The notes beneath the pieces are model-generated. The model had not been told where the DNA came from. It did not search any database and saw only the letters and a program-made list of their open reading frames with translations. 64,000 bases of DNA from Chrysomallon squamiferum (taxonomy: Eukaryota; Animalia; Mollusca). Made by a program: the position numbers and the translations under genes. Where the stretch lies: contig CM022669.1 in NCBI GenBank assembly GCA_012295275.1, positions 3,596,001-3,660,000 of the forward strand, written 5' to 3'. Shown here piece by piece: positions 46,032 to 64,000 of this stretch; position 1 is the stretch's first letter; every line of letters starts with the position of its first letter.

Positions 46032-46107
<76 letters not shown>

Positions 46108-46787
46108 GTAATAGTAATAGTAATAAGAATAAGAATAAGAATAACAATTATCAAAAAGCATGAAAGTTAATAATATTACACACACAGTGTAATATTATGA
46201 AATGAAAACTCTCGACAATATTTCTGGCATAATTTTTATATTTTTTTATTTATTTTTCTACAGGGTGTTGGATATAAAAGGTTATCAGAATGTGTAAGAT
46301 AATCTTAAGATTGAAATCTCAGATGCTGTCATTAGCAAATATATTATGAAGGCATAAAATAGCATTTCTTAAACACAGTGAAGTTATCATTTCTTTGCAG
46401 TTGCATAAATTTTTAACAAGAATGCCCTAGAAAAGCCAAAAAGAACAAAGCCCCCAAAACGTGTTCAAACTGTTTGATGTAATACATAAAACTTCCTAAA
46501 GTGTCCCTGTACCTGGATAATTTAGTTTCTTGTGTCTGCAGGAGACACATGACACACTGAGAAGATGCTTATCTCACATAACACACAGTGTGTCCTATCT
46601 TATATAAAGTTCTTTTTAAAAATAAATCTGTTTTACAGAGTTCAATGGAATAGTAAATAATTTTAATAATCAAATATAAGCAATCCTGTCACATTCAAAC
46701 ATATTCAGAATGATATATCCACTCTTTCTGCAAAATAGTTTAAATATTATATTCTTTATACTATGCAACTATTCAAGGCTAAATGTA

Positions 46788-46841
<54 letters not shown>

Positions 46842-49689
46842 TTTAATTATTATTTTTTTTAGATATATATAAATAATTATTATTATTAACTCATTGTCTT
46901 ACTCTAAAAACTCCAGGAGAGTATTCGTCATCAATTGACTTTGTTTCGTCCATCTTAAAGTCGTCTTTTGTGTTGTTACTGAACAGAGCCATTTCCAAGG
47001 CGAAGCGAGACTTGGTGAATGCAGGTTTCACACTGTTTATTGTGAAATCAAACTGAGACGTGTTCTGTGTGAACATCAAGTGAGGTAGAAGACTTTCCCG
47101 TCCATCACCACCATAAACTCTAAACTGTGAACAAACAGTAAAAACAGAACTGAAATCATTTTACTTCATAGCAGAAAAAAAAACATCCACGAGATTCTCC
47201 ATTTTAAACTCAGCAACTGGATAAGACAAGTGTTTGTTATTAATGAATAAATGTAGCATCACCAAAGCACAAGATTTATTGAGAACCGTATTAAACAGAG
47301 TACATATGTGGAATAATTCTGACAAAATTAAGAGACTTAATCTTTAGTCTTTGCTTTGTAGGAGTTTTTTGTACAGACTAGAAAACAATGAACTATTTAT
47401 CTAACAGTAGTAGTCAAAAATGGTGGAATTATTCCTATTTTCTGGAGTATTATTATTTTCTAAATGTTCCCATATCAAGTAAAGATTTAAAATTTGGTGA
47501 TAAAAAAACCCACTTTGTACTGCCTAGTTTTGTAGAAGGAAAACTACTAAAAAAAACAGTAGTAAAGATGTAAGTAAATACTTAAATATTTGGTGAATAA
47601 TCAATTGTTTCTAACAAAATAACATCTGCCCAACAAATATTTATTTACTGTCCAGCTAAAACATACTATTACAAAATAACAAAAGTACTCACAGTGAAGG
47701 TTAATGAGGGGTTTTTTGTTTTGTTTCCATGCTGAGATTCTTTAGGCAAATCAGTGCAGTTAAAAACAAATCCAGTTGTTCCGTCTGTCAGTTTGCGCAC
47801 TTTCATCCACTTCATTGATGAAAACAGTCTGTTGTTCCTCTCTGTGCTGTTCCAGAGAGGGTAGCTGTTCATATCTGCAGTGTCTTCTGCATCATTGTAT
47901 TCCAACAGCTACAGAAAGAAGAAATATATATAAAAAAAAAAATTAATAAAAAAATAAAATAAAATATATTCAAACCAAGGATTGAAATATAAAAAAGACC
48001 TCTCATTCTTAATGACTTAAACTGTAAAAACTTTGTCATTTTATAAAACAGTCACTGAGAATTTTTACACAAATGGCATATGTTGATTTTATCTACTTTC
48101 AAGATGCATTATTGGTTGTGACATTAACCTTGACTATTGACAGAGTATAATAATCCAAAATAAGCTTGTAAAATTATGTGGAGGTTGAATCTTTCTGTCA
48201 TATGATTGTTACATGTATAGTAACAAAACTCAAAATGACAGACTAAGCAAATCATAACAATGTTGACATATTTTCAATCAGACGTTTCTTGGGGGGGGTT
48301 GAGGTTTTTTTTTTTTTTTCAAACATAATGTAAAGAAAAAGAAAATACTCCATATATTCTCCATAAGCTGACTATCGCATCATCATAATTTCAGAAGGTA
48401 AGAATCATCTAAACAATAATTTATTAACATTTATTTAAGGCATATATCATAGTGCCAAAAGTACTATGTCAAAATAAAAGACCTCATACATTTATATATT
48501 CTGTTGTAACTGATTTTTTTCACTACTAATATTACCTGTTGAGAAAAAAAATTAAAAAAAATAAAAAGATTTTTAAAACTAGTTGTTGTTCAACATTTTA
48601 TTCATTATATCATCACATATTACTATCCTTTTTGTTGTTATGATTAACACTGAACACACCTTGGTAAAGATCATCCCAAATGAATACAAAATATTCCCTT
48701 TTCCTGATAATGATAAAGCATCTGAATTGTTTGAACTGTTCAAAAGTTTGTTCCAGTTGACCTCAAGGTTCATGTTTCCTGGACTTGTTTGAATGACAAA
48801 GACTGCTGGAGTGTGGATTGTGCTGAAAACGTAGTGCAAGTCATCAGTTTCCCCACTGGCTCGAATGTAAACCAGATTGGAAAAACTTCCATTGATTCCT
48901 TTTTCACATTCATCAAATGTACAGTTTGGATTCAGCTGCATCTCCAGCTAAAAGAAAATTTTTTTTTTTTTTTAGATAGAATATATTTTTATAATTTTAA
49001 AAGTCCAATAAATATAGAGGAAATAATTTTTGTCATTTCTGGGTTAATTTTAAAAAAAACCCTGTTTAAGTTATAAGAAAAAATATGAATATTTATATAT
49101 AATTAATATATATATGGCAAGAGATTTTTATTTTTATTTTTTTTATTTTTTTTTTTTTAAATACAATTATTAAATGTTTGAAGTAACTGATGAATGTATG
49201 TATGGTTTATAATTAATGAATTTCAATATATTCCATAGGAAGGATAATCTGTAGACTTTCACACACTGGATAAATTTTTATAATTATGATTATTATTTAT
49301 TTATTTACTTATTTATTTATTTATTTTGTTAAAAAAAAAAGATTTAACAAGCAATTATCACTTAATCTACTTATTATAAAAAACTTAAAATGTGCAAAAT
49401 CTAAAAATATTCATTTACATCATTAGAAATCCTCAGGATTTGAAGTTGAAGCTTGTTTTTAAAGGGAAGTGTGCCAAATATTGAATATCTTTTTGTTAAG
49501 ACATAACATCCATTTTGTACTGGTAGTAATTATGATAAAAATTAAAATGATTATGTATTCCAAAAGAAAAACGTTAAAAGATTTGAGTTTATTAAAATTA
49601 TACTTGTAAAATATAAATGACATGATAAAATATTAATGATAAATTCCCATTTCTACTGAGCATGAAAATAATAATACATATAAATATTT

Positions 49690-49761
<72 letters not shown>

Positions 49762-49928
49762 ATACAATGTACATACCTTAACAGTATTTTGTTGTTTTAT
49801 TGAAAATGTAAGAAGTTAATAGGTATTCGGATAAAAACTTAAGAACTAATACTAATAGTACTAACTAGCGAACTTGAGGAAGGAAACAACTGAACCGGAC
49901 AAGGAAATAAAGCGACAAACTTTTCATT

Positions 49929-49980
<52 letters not shown>

Positions 49981-50074
49981 CAATACTAACCTTTCGTTGT
50001 CCATACGCTGTTACAAACGACACATACGCCAACAGAGAAAAGAGGGATATAAAAATCCCACCAACAGCCACCAT
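44916..50074 (-). CDS. GLMP: Glycosylated lysosomal membrane protein (GLMP/NCU-G1), 6 coding exons: 50074-49991, 48947-48660, 47908-47693, 47124-46903, 45982-45699, 45110-44966 (44916 if the frameshift is corrected)
   Basis: Signal peptide MVAVGGIFISLFSLLAYVSFVTA; GLMP motifs LHYVFSTIHTPA, LPHLMFT, SIDDEYSPGVF, FLQWKPVCY, LNISFG..DGFY; many N-glycosylation sequons; a single C-terminal TM (FVIAIISSGLGIPVVIILCGGVFICV). All introns are GT-AG with compatible phases (0,0,0,0,2). 412 aa as assembled, 429 aa with one added A. Confidence 0.92.
45699..45982 (-). CDS. GLMP: GLMP exon 5
   Basis: tatcag|ATA acceptor; IVDLSMG...FLQWKPVCY...TNYTSW; phase-2 donor TG|gttagt; 284 nt. Confidence 0.92.
46903..47124 (-). 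CDS. GLMP: GLMP exon 4
   Basis: tcacag|TTT acceptor; FRVYGGDGRESLLPHLMFT...SIDDEYSPGVFR; donor AGA|gtaaga; 222 nt. Confidence 0.92.
47693..47908 (-). CDS. GLMP: GLMP exon 3
   Basis: ctgtag|CTG acceptor; LLEYNDAEDTAD...SLTFT; donor ACT|gtgagt; 216 nt. Confidence 0.9.
48660..48947 (-). CDS. GLMP: GLMP exon 2
   Basis: ttttag|CTG acceptor; LEMQLNPNC...FGMIFTK; donor AAG|gtgtgt; 288 nt. Confidence 0.9.
49991..50074 (-). CDS. GLMP: GLMP exon 1 (signal peptide)
   Basis: acaaaATGG start; 28 codons MVAVGG...YGQRK; donor AAG|gttagt. Confidence 0.88.
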
Positions 50075-50099
50075 TTTGTCACCATCAAATGACTTTCGA

Positions 50100-50121
50100 T
50101 CATGTGACTCGAATCACGTGA
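50100..50121. promoter_or_regulatory. Tandem CLEAR/M-box (MiT/TFEB) elements in the GLMP promoter
   Basis: TCATGTGAC (50100-50108; GTCACATGA on minus) and TCACGTGA (50114-50121), 26-47 bp upstream of the ATG of a lysosomal gene. Confidence 0.7.
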
Positions 50122-50373
50122 ATATGCGGTAGCTTCAACTGGTTTTTAATTCAGGAAGTAACAAATTATGTTGGTTTCTGTTAAAGCTACCGTATGGAAT
50201 GTGAATCCCCGTTTTTTTCAGTTATTATGTATTCAGTTTATTTCCAGCTACTTGTTTCATATATTTTATTCGCTATTTATCACTGTCGAAGGATAAAATG
50301 AAAGTTTCGTGCTTTGACAACGTCTCATATTAGCATGATATTTGTAAATTATCATTATTATTATTATTATTAT

Positions 50374-50411
<38 letters not shown>

Positions 50412-51500
50412 ATGGTATTTTTTTTTTTTTTTTTTTTTTTTTTTAATGAATTAAAATAATGATTAAAACAATTTAGATTTCCATTTTAAGCTATTATTAT
50501 TATTGTTGTAATTAAATAATTACATTAATCTCTCCGGGGACAGGAAATAATTGTTTAAAAAAAGAAGAGAAAAACGTCAACAATTAAATGACGTCACAGG
50601 TTTGTACCGCTGAGTTGTTTTTGCCGAAATCAGACGGTAAAAATATCTAAAAGAAAAAAGCTTCTAACTAGGTAAAGTTTTATTATTTCTTTTGTAATTT
50701 AGATAAAAATTATTTTATTTAATATTTCTCATAGTTATTTTTGCTTGTATTCTGTATTGCTAAGTGTCTGAACGTAAACATTTGTTAGCAAACATGAAAG
50801 CCTGTGTTATGTATTACAATAGTGTCCGTAGATATATGTATACATGTTTAATGTGGATATACGTGATGTGTGTATGTGTGTGTGTGTGTTTATACTACAA
50901 TGCTTGTGTGTATATGCTAGGGTGTGTGCGCATGGACATATTAATACAAACGAAAAATGTATATATATATATATATATATATATGAACATATATATGAAC
51001 ATAAGTTATGTATTGATATGTATGCATATATGCTTGTATATATATATATATATGGACGTTTCATGTGCATATATATGTGTGTAATGAATGCATATGTATG
51101 TATTAATATTTTCATGTTTGTATGTATATAAATACAGATGTGTGGATGGACTGATGCAATGATTGATAGACAGATAGATAAACAGATGTGCGGATGTTTT
51201 GAGAGGGAAAAACATAAAGTGCAAGAAAAACGGTGGAAAATAGAGTTCAGTCCCTTACACCAGCGTTTTTAAAATAAAAAATAAATAAATAAAACAAAAC
51301 AAATTGAACAGTCTTCAGTATCTAAATTTTATTTCAATTCGTCATTAATCTTCTGATAATTTTTTATTTTGAGGTTTTAACAATGTCAGCGTGATAAAAT
51401 AATAACAACAGTAATAATTACGACAACAGGAGTACCTGCAGCAGCACTAGCAGCAGCAGCAGCAACAACGACAACGACAACGACAACAACAACAACAACA

Positions 51501-51539
<39 letters not shown>

Positions 51540-52228
51540 GTAAAGAAAAATCATATAAAAATCAACCCCACAAAAAATCATTTTGGTTAAACACTAATAC
51601 ACAGTGCATACAGTCGATCCACTTAATATATTCAGTTTTCATCCTGAATATCGATGCAATCAATACCAGGAGAATGTTAATATTATATAAATGCACAGGA
51701 ATTTTTTTTATTTTTTTTTTTTTTTATGATGATGAGGGAGATAAAAAAATATTCAAGATGTTTATATAAGTCTTCATACTTCTACATAAGTAATCTACAA
51801 CACAAATATTTGTGGTGGAAGAATAAACTATAAAAATCAAGAAATGTCCAAAACAAAATATTTGTAAAATAAACTAAAAATAAATCAAAAATCTGTCCAA
51901 ACAAATATTCAAAAAATAAATAAAAATAAATAAAAATAAAATAAAATAAAATAAAATAAAATAAAATAAAATAAAATAAAATAAAATAAAATAAAATAAA
52001 TTAATTAATTAATTAATGCAACCGTTTCTATTATTGTCTTGTTGTTATTATTATTATTATTATTATTATTTTATTTTTTAGTAGTAGCAGCAGTTTAGTA
52101 GTTGTAATAGTAGTAGTAGTAGTAGTAGAAGTAGTAATGGTTGTTGTCGTAATTGTAAATCAGGAGCAGTGCTTTTGTTCCAAATTTAAAGTTAATAGTA
52201 TTTTGTTTAACGATGTATATTATATGCA

Positions 52229-52279
<51 letters not shown>

Positions 52280-53242
52280 TCATTATTATCCATCAGAAAC
52301 AAAAATGCCAAACTAAAACCAAACCAAAACAAACGAATTACAACAAAACAACAGAACCGTTAAAATTATTTTTTAAAGAAAATATAAATATAAACATAAA
52401 TAAAATTAAATAAATAAAGAAATTTCATTATAAACAACAAAAAAAAAAAAAAAAAAAAAAAAAAGAAAGAAATAATAAATTTTGGCATATCTTCCATTTA
52501 GTGACAGAGTGCGGTGTAGGTCTACATTTTCTGCCTGTAAAAAAATGTTTTATCGTGTCGCAAATATATGGCAAATCAACAAGTAACGAATTGAAGCTTT
52601 TATCGTTATTCAAGCAGAGAACTCGAAATCTTTCAGACTGTCCTGCAGACATCGTAAACCTGTTAAACACACTCTTGATTAATCGCTACATTGATCCATT
52701 TGAAAACTGTCCATCTTCTTTAACAGCATCGTTTGATAATCTCCAGTGACTGTAAAACTAGCTGAACAGTACATCAGATAATTTCAAGAAAGGGCAAGAC
52801 GCGTCGTATCATAATAATAAAAATACTCTAACAAAACATTACGTTACGCCTCATGTCCATCAAGAGCTAAGTTGGTATCATAGAGAGGTTATTCTTAACT
52901 ACATTTTATTCCTTAATATTGTCGGATTCTTAATACAGGCTTGTACAAAATCGATTAGTGTTGATACCGACATTACCTCTTTCGGTGCTTTTAGTTTTAC
53001 ACAGAGAGAAGCGGTTGCCTGTGAACGGAAATATCTACACGTTATTTCGACAGACTCTAGACAAGTTCATGGATTTCTGACGGACGTAACTGGAAGTCAT
53101 AGAAATTCCCGATAGGATTTCTCTCCGACAGTCAGTTGGCGCATTCCTAAAACCATATTCGTTCTGACAGGATTATATTCGGCCACCTGACATCAAAGAA
53201 AGCGTGAAATTGTTGGTTAAAAAGAGAGTGGAAAGAAAAGAA

Positions 53243-61587
<8,345 letters not shown>

Positions 61588-61728
61588 AAAGAAAAACAAC
61601 CCAAAACAATAAGATAAAATAAAAAAATAATAATAAAAAGAGAGAGAGAGAGAGGGGGGGATTTGACCATAAAACGTAATAAAATATTTAAAAAAAAAAG
61701 AAAAAAGAAAAAAGAAAACAGAATGATA

Positions 61729-61905
61729 TGTAAGTGTACCGACCAGCCTATTGAAAATAAACTAAACTAAAATTTTAATCTTTTTTTTAATCAAACAAAG
61801 CATCGTCGGCCTACAAAATGCTTTTCAATAGCATGCGCATAAAATATTTCTGAGAATGTTTGAAAAATATTTTTATAAACAACCACATAGCTGAACAACT
61901 ACTAT

Positions 61906-61960
<55 letters not shown>

Positions 61961-62766
61961 GCTACTACCACTACTGGTACTGTTATTACATCACATATTT
62001 AGACAGTTTAAACGCTGTTACTGTAGTTACTTTCTTTTTACTGTATACTTGTCTAATACTTTGTAGAGCTTATTGTAGCTTTGTTTACTTCTTACGAATT
62101 TCCAGCCAATATTATAGCAGCATCGGTGTTTTTAATTTAGTTTACATGCACCAGATTGAAACCGTCTGAAGGCAGTTCATTATTACTTTCGTGTTTTTCT
62201 AATTTCATGCTATTGTTTTTCAAGATTTTTTTTTTTTTGATTTTATTTCTCTGAGCTCATTTTTATTTCACGGTTTTCTTGGCCGACATTTCAAGTTTTT
62301 TGTTTTTTAAGTTCCTGCAATTACTTTTTAGGACCCTTCAGCACGTTATGGTTGTCAGCAAAGCGAACGTTTGTTGAGAAAACTTTTTTTTTTTTTTTTT
62401 ATTTAGTTATTATTAAGAAACTGGTGTTTACTGATTTCAAATGTTTTTTTTTGCAGAAAAAACAAAAGATCTAGATAAATGTTAAAAGTTTATTTGATTA
62501 TTATTATTATTATTATTATTAGTAGTAGTAGTAGTAGTAGTAATATATAAAGATAAGTACTCTTTAATAGCGTCAGTATATGATAGTATTTCAAAACGAA
62601 ATACCACCAAACGGTTGCATTAAACTTAAAAACTGAAATGTTTAAACTGAAAAGGCGATACATTCCTATATAAATGTAACATTACCAACGAGACCGTAAC
62701 AAGTTCTTTTTTAAAACGTAACGTGATTTTGAAATCTCGATTATGTCATTATCAGACTTTAACAAA

Positions 62767-62860
<94 letters not shown>
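61729..62860 (-). repeat. Right arm of a long inverted repeat (downstream of the nAChR stop codon)
   Basis: Inverted copy of 58495-59691. Roughly two dozen small differences by eye, plus microsatellite length changes; ends in (TC)n matching the left-arm (GA)n. Confidence 0.97.
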
Positions 62861-62863
<3 letters not shown>

Positions 62864-64000
62864 GTGTCCTCATATTCATTAATTTTTCAAAATCTTGACG
62901 ACATCTTCATTCTGAAAACCTTTCTCCAAAGGTTCCATGAATCTGTTTCTGAGTCAATGTTTCTGAGTCATTCAGTGAGCTTTCTGAAGCATGTTATAAT
63001 GACCGACGCTTCAAGCCCGTCAGAAGTCGGTACGAAATTCAGGAATCTGGGTTGTCAAACATGCTCAGTTCTGTACGTCAAACTACCACGACACTGGAAA
63101 TCGTACAGTGCAAGGAGAGAATGGGCTGATATGCAGAGATGTTGAGTGATAGGATACCAGCAACAGGAAGAGCTGAGAAAGAGCTTTTGAAAACATCACG
63201 AGATAGAGGATGGTATTGACTGATTGTCGATCTATTATCCATATATGAATTCAAGTCACAGACTTGGTCAAAGGTTGTATGAATAAGTTAATAACATTCT
63301 GATAAAAAAAAAAAAAAAAAAAAAATTGTTAGGAATTATTTCTCTTTTGTGAAGTAACAATACTCGTCACAACAGCAGCAACAACAACAATAATAAATGA
63401 TGATGATGATAAAAACAAATAATAATGTGTGTATGTATTATTGTGTGTATAGATGTATATATGTATGTATGTACGTATGTACGGTATGAGTGTAAGTATA
63501 TTTGTATGTATTTATGTTTTTATTTTTGTATGTATGTATATATGTTTGTATGTATGAATGAATGAACAAAAATATTATTCTTGTTGTTACTACATTTTTT
63601 TTTTACTTATGTTGATTAATTTTCTTATCAGTCCATATTCAAACAATAATTACCATGAAATATTGTATGAAATAAATGCAGCTGTTTTCTTTTCCATTGT
63701 TAAATAAAACATGTATATTTATCAAGATAGGTAACTTGAATATGTTTCATTTTATACACGAGTTGCGGCCCGTGTAAACATTTTATTACAAACGACTACA
63801 TAGATATAAATAGATTTTTTTTTTTCTTTTAAATTTTTGTACATTTTATTTAATTATGTTAAATAGAACAGTGCAATGTGTTAAAATATTTTCACTGACA
63901 TTTTTTTTTTTTATTCTTTTCATTTCATTATTGATCGCATTCCAATTTCTTTTTTATTTTTATTTTTTTTTTCTCCAGTTTTTCAATCTCCTGTGCTTTT

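Noticed and set aside
52428-52749. Overlapping 80-82 aa ORFs upstream of the nAChR
   Set aside because: No homology recognised; more likely promoter or intergenic sequence.
62861-63270. Higher-complexity sequence right of the inverted repeat, part of a 140-aa ORF
   Set aside because: The ORF starts inside the repeat/microsatellite and has no recognisable motif; possibly a decayed transposon, but unsupported.

Overview
AT-rich, microsatellite-dense eukaryotic genomic DNA. It is most likely molluscan (gastropod-like, judged from the SINE fragments and gene content) and is not prokaryotic. Three protein-coding genes are supported. (1) A large N-terminal coding exon of a hyperpolarization-activated HCN/Ih channel on the minus strand (~12956-13840); the rest of the gene lies left of the window, and a ~28 kb upstream non-coding region carries candidate 5'-UTR exons. 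(2) A complete 6-exon glycosylated lysosomal membrane protein gene (GLMP/NCU-G1, minus, 44916-50074). It has two CLEAR/M-box sites at its start and an apparent 1-nt homopolymer frameshift that removes its YxxPhi lysosomal tail. (3) A complete 6-exon nicotinic acetylcholine receptor alpha subunit (plus, 53243-61587, 466 aa), divergent from GLMP. The most striking structure is a ~1.15-1.2 kb, ~97-98% identical inverted duplication of ordinary intron-4 sequence (58495-59691 and 61729-62860). It brackets exactly the last two nAChR exons, ending 39 nt before the exon-5 acceptor and placing a GTAAGT donor at the inner edge of the downstream arm. This is the architecture of a circRNA-producing cassette, a long dsRNA stem or an invertible exon switch. 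Also present are a TA-flanked MITE, a hairpin/CRE-containing 47-bp minisatellite, degenerate satellites and SINE remnants. Most ORFs in the supplied track are microsatellite artefacts.
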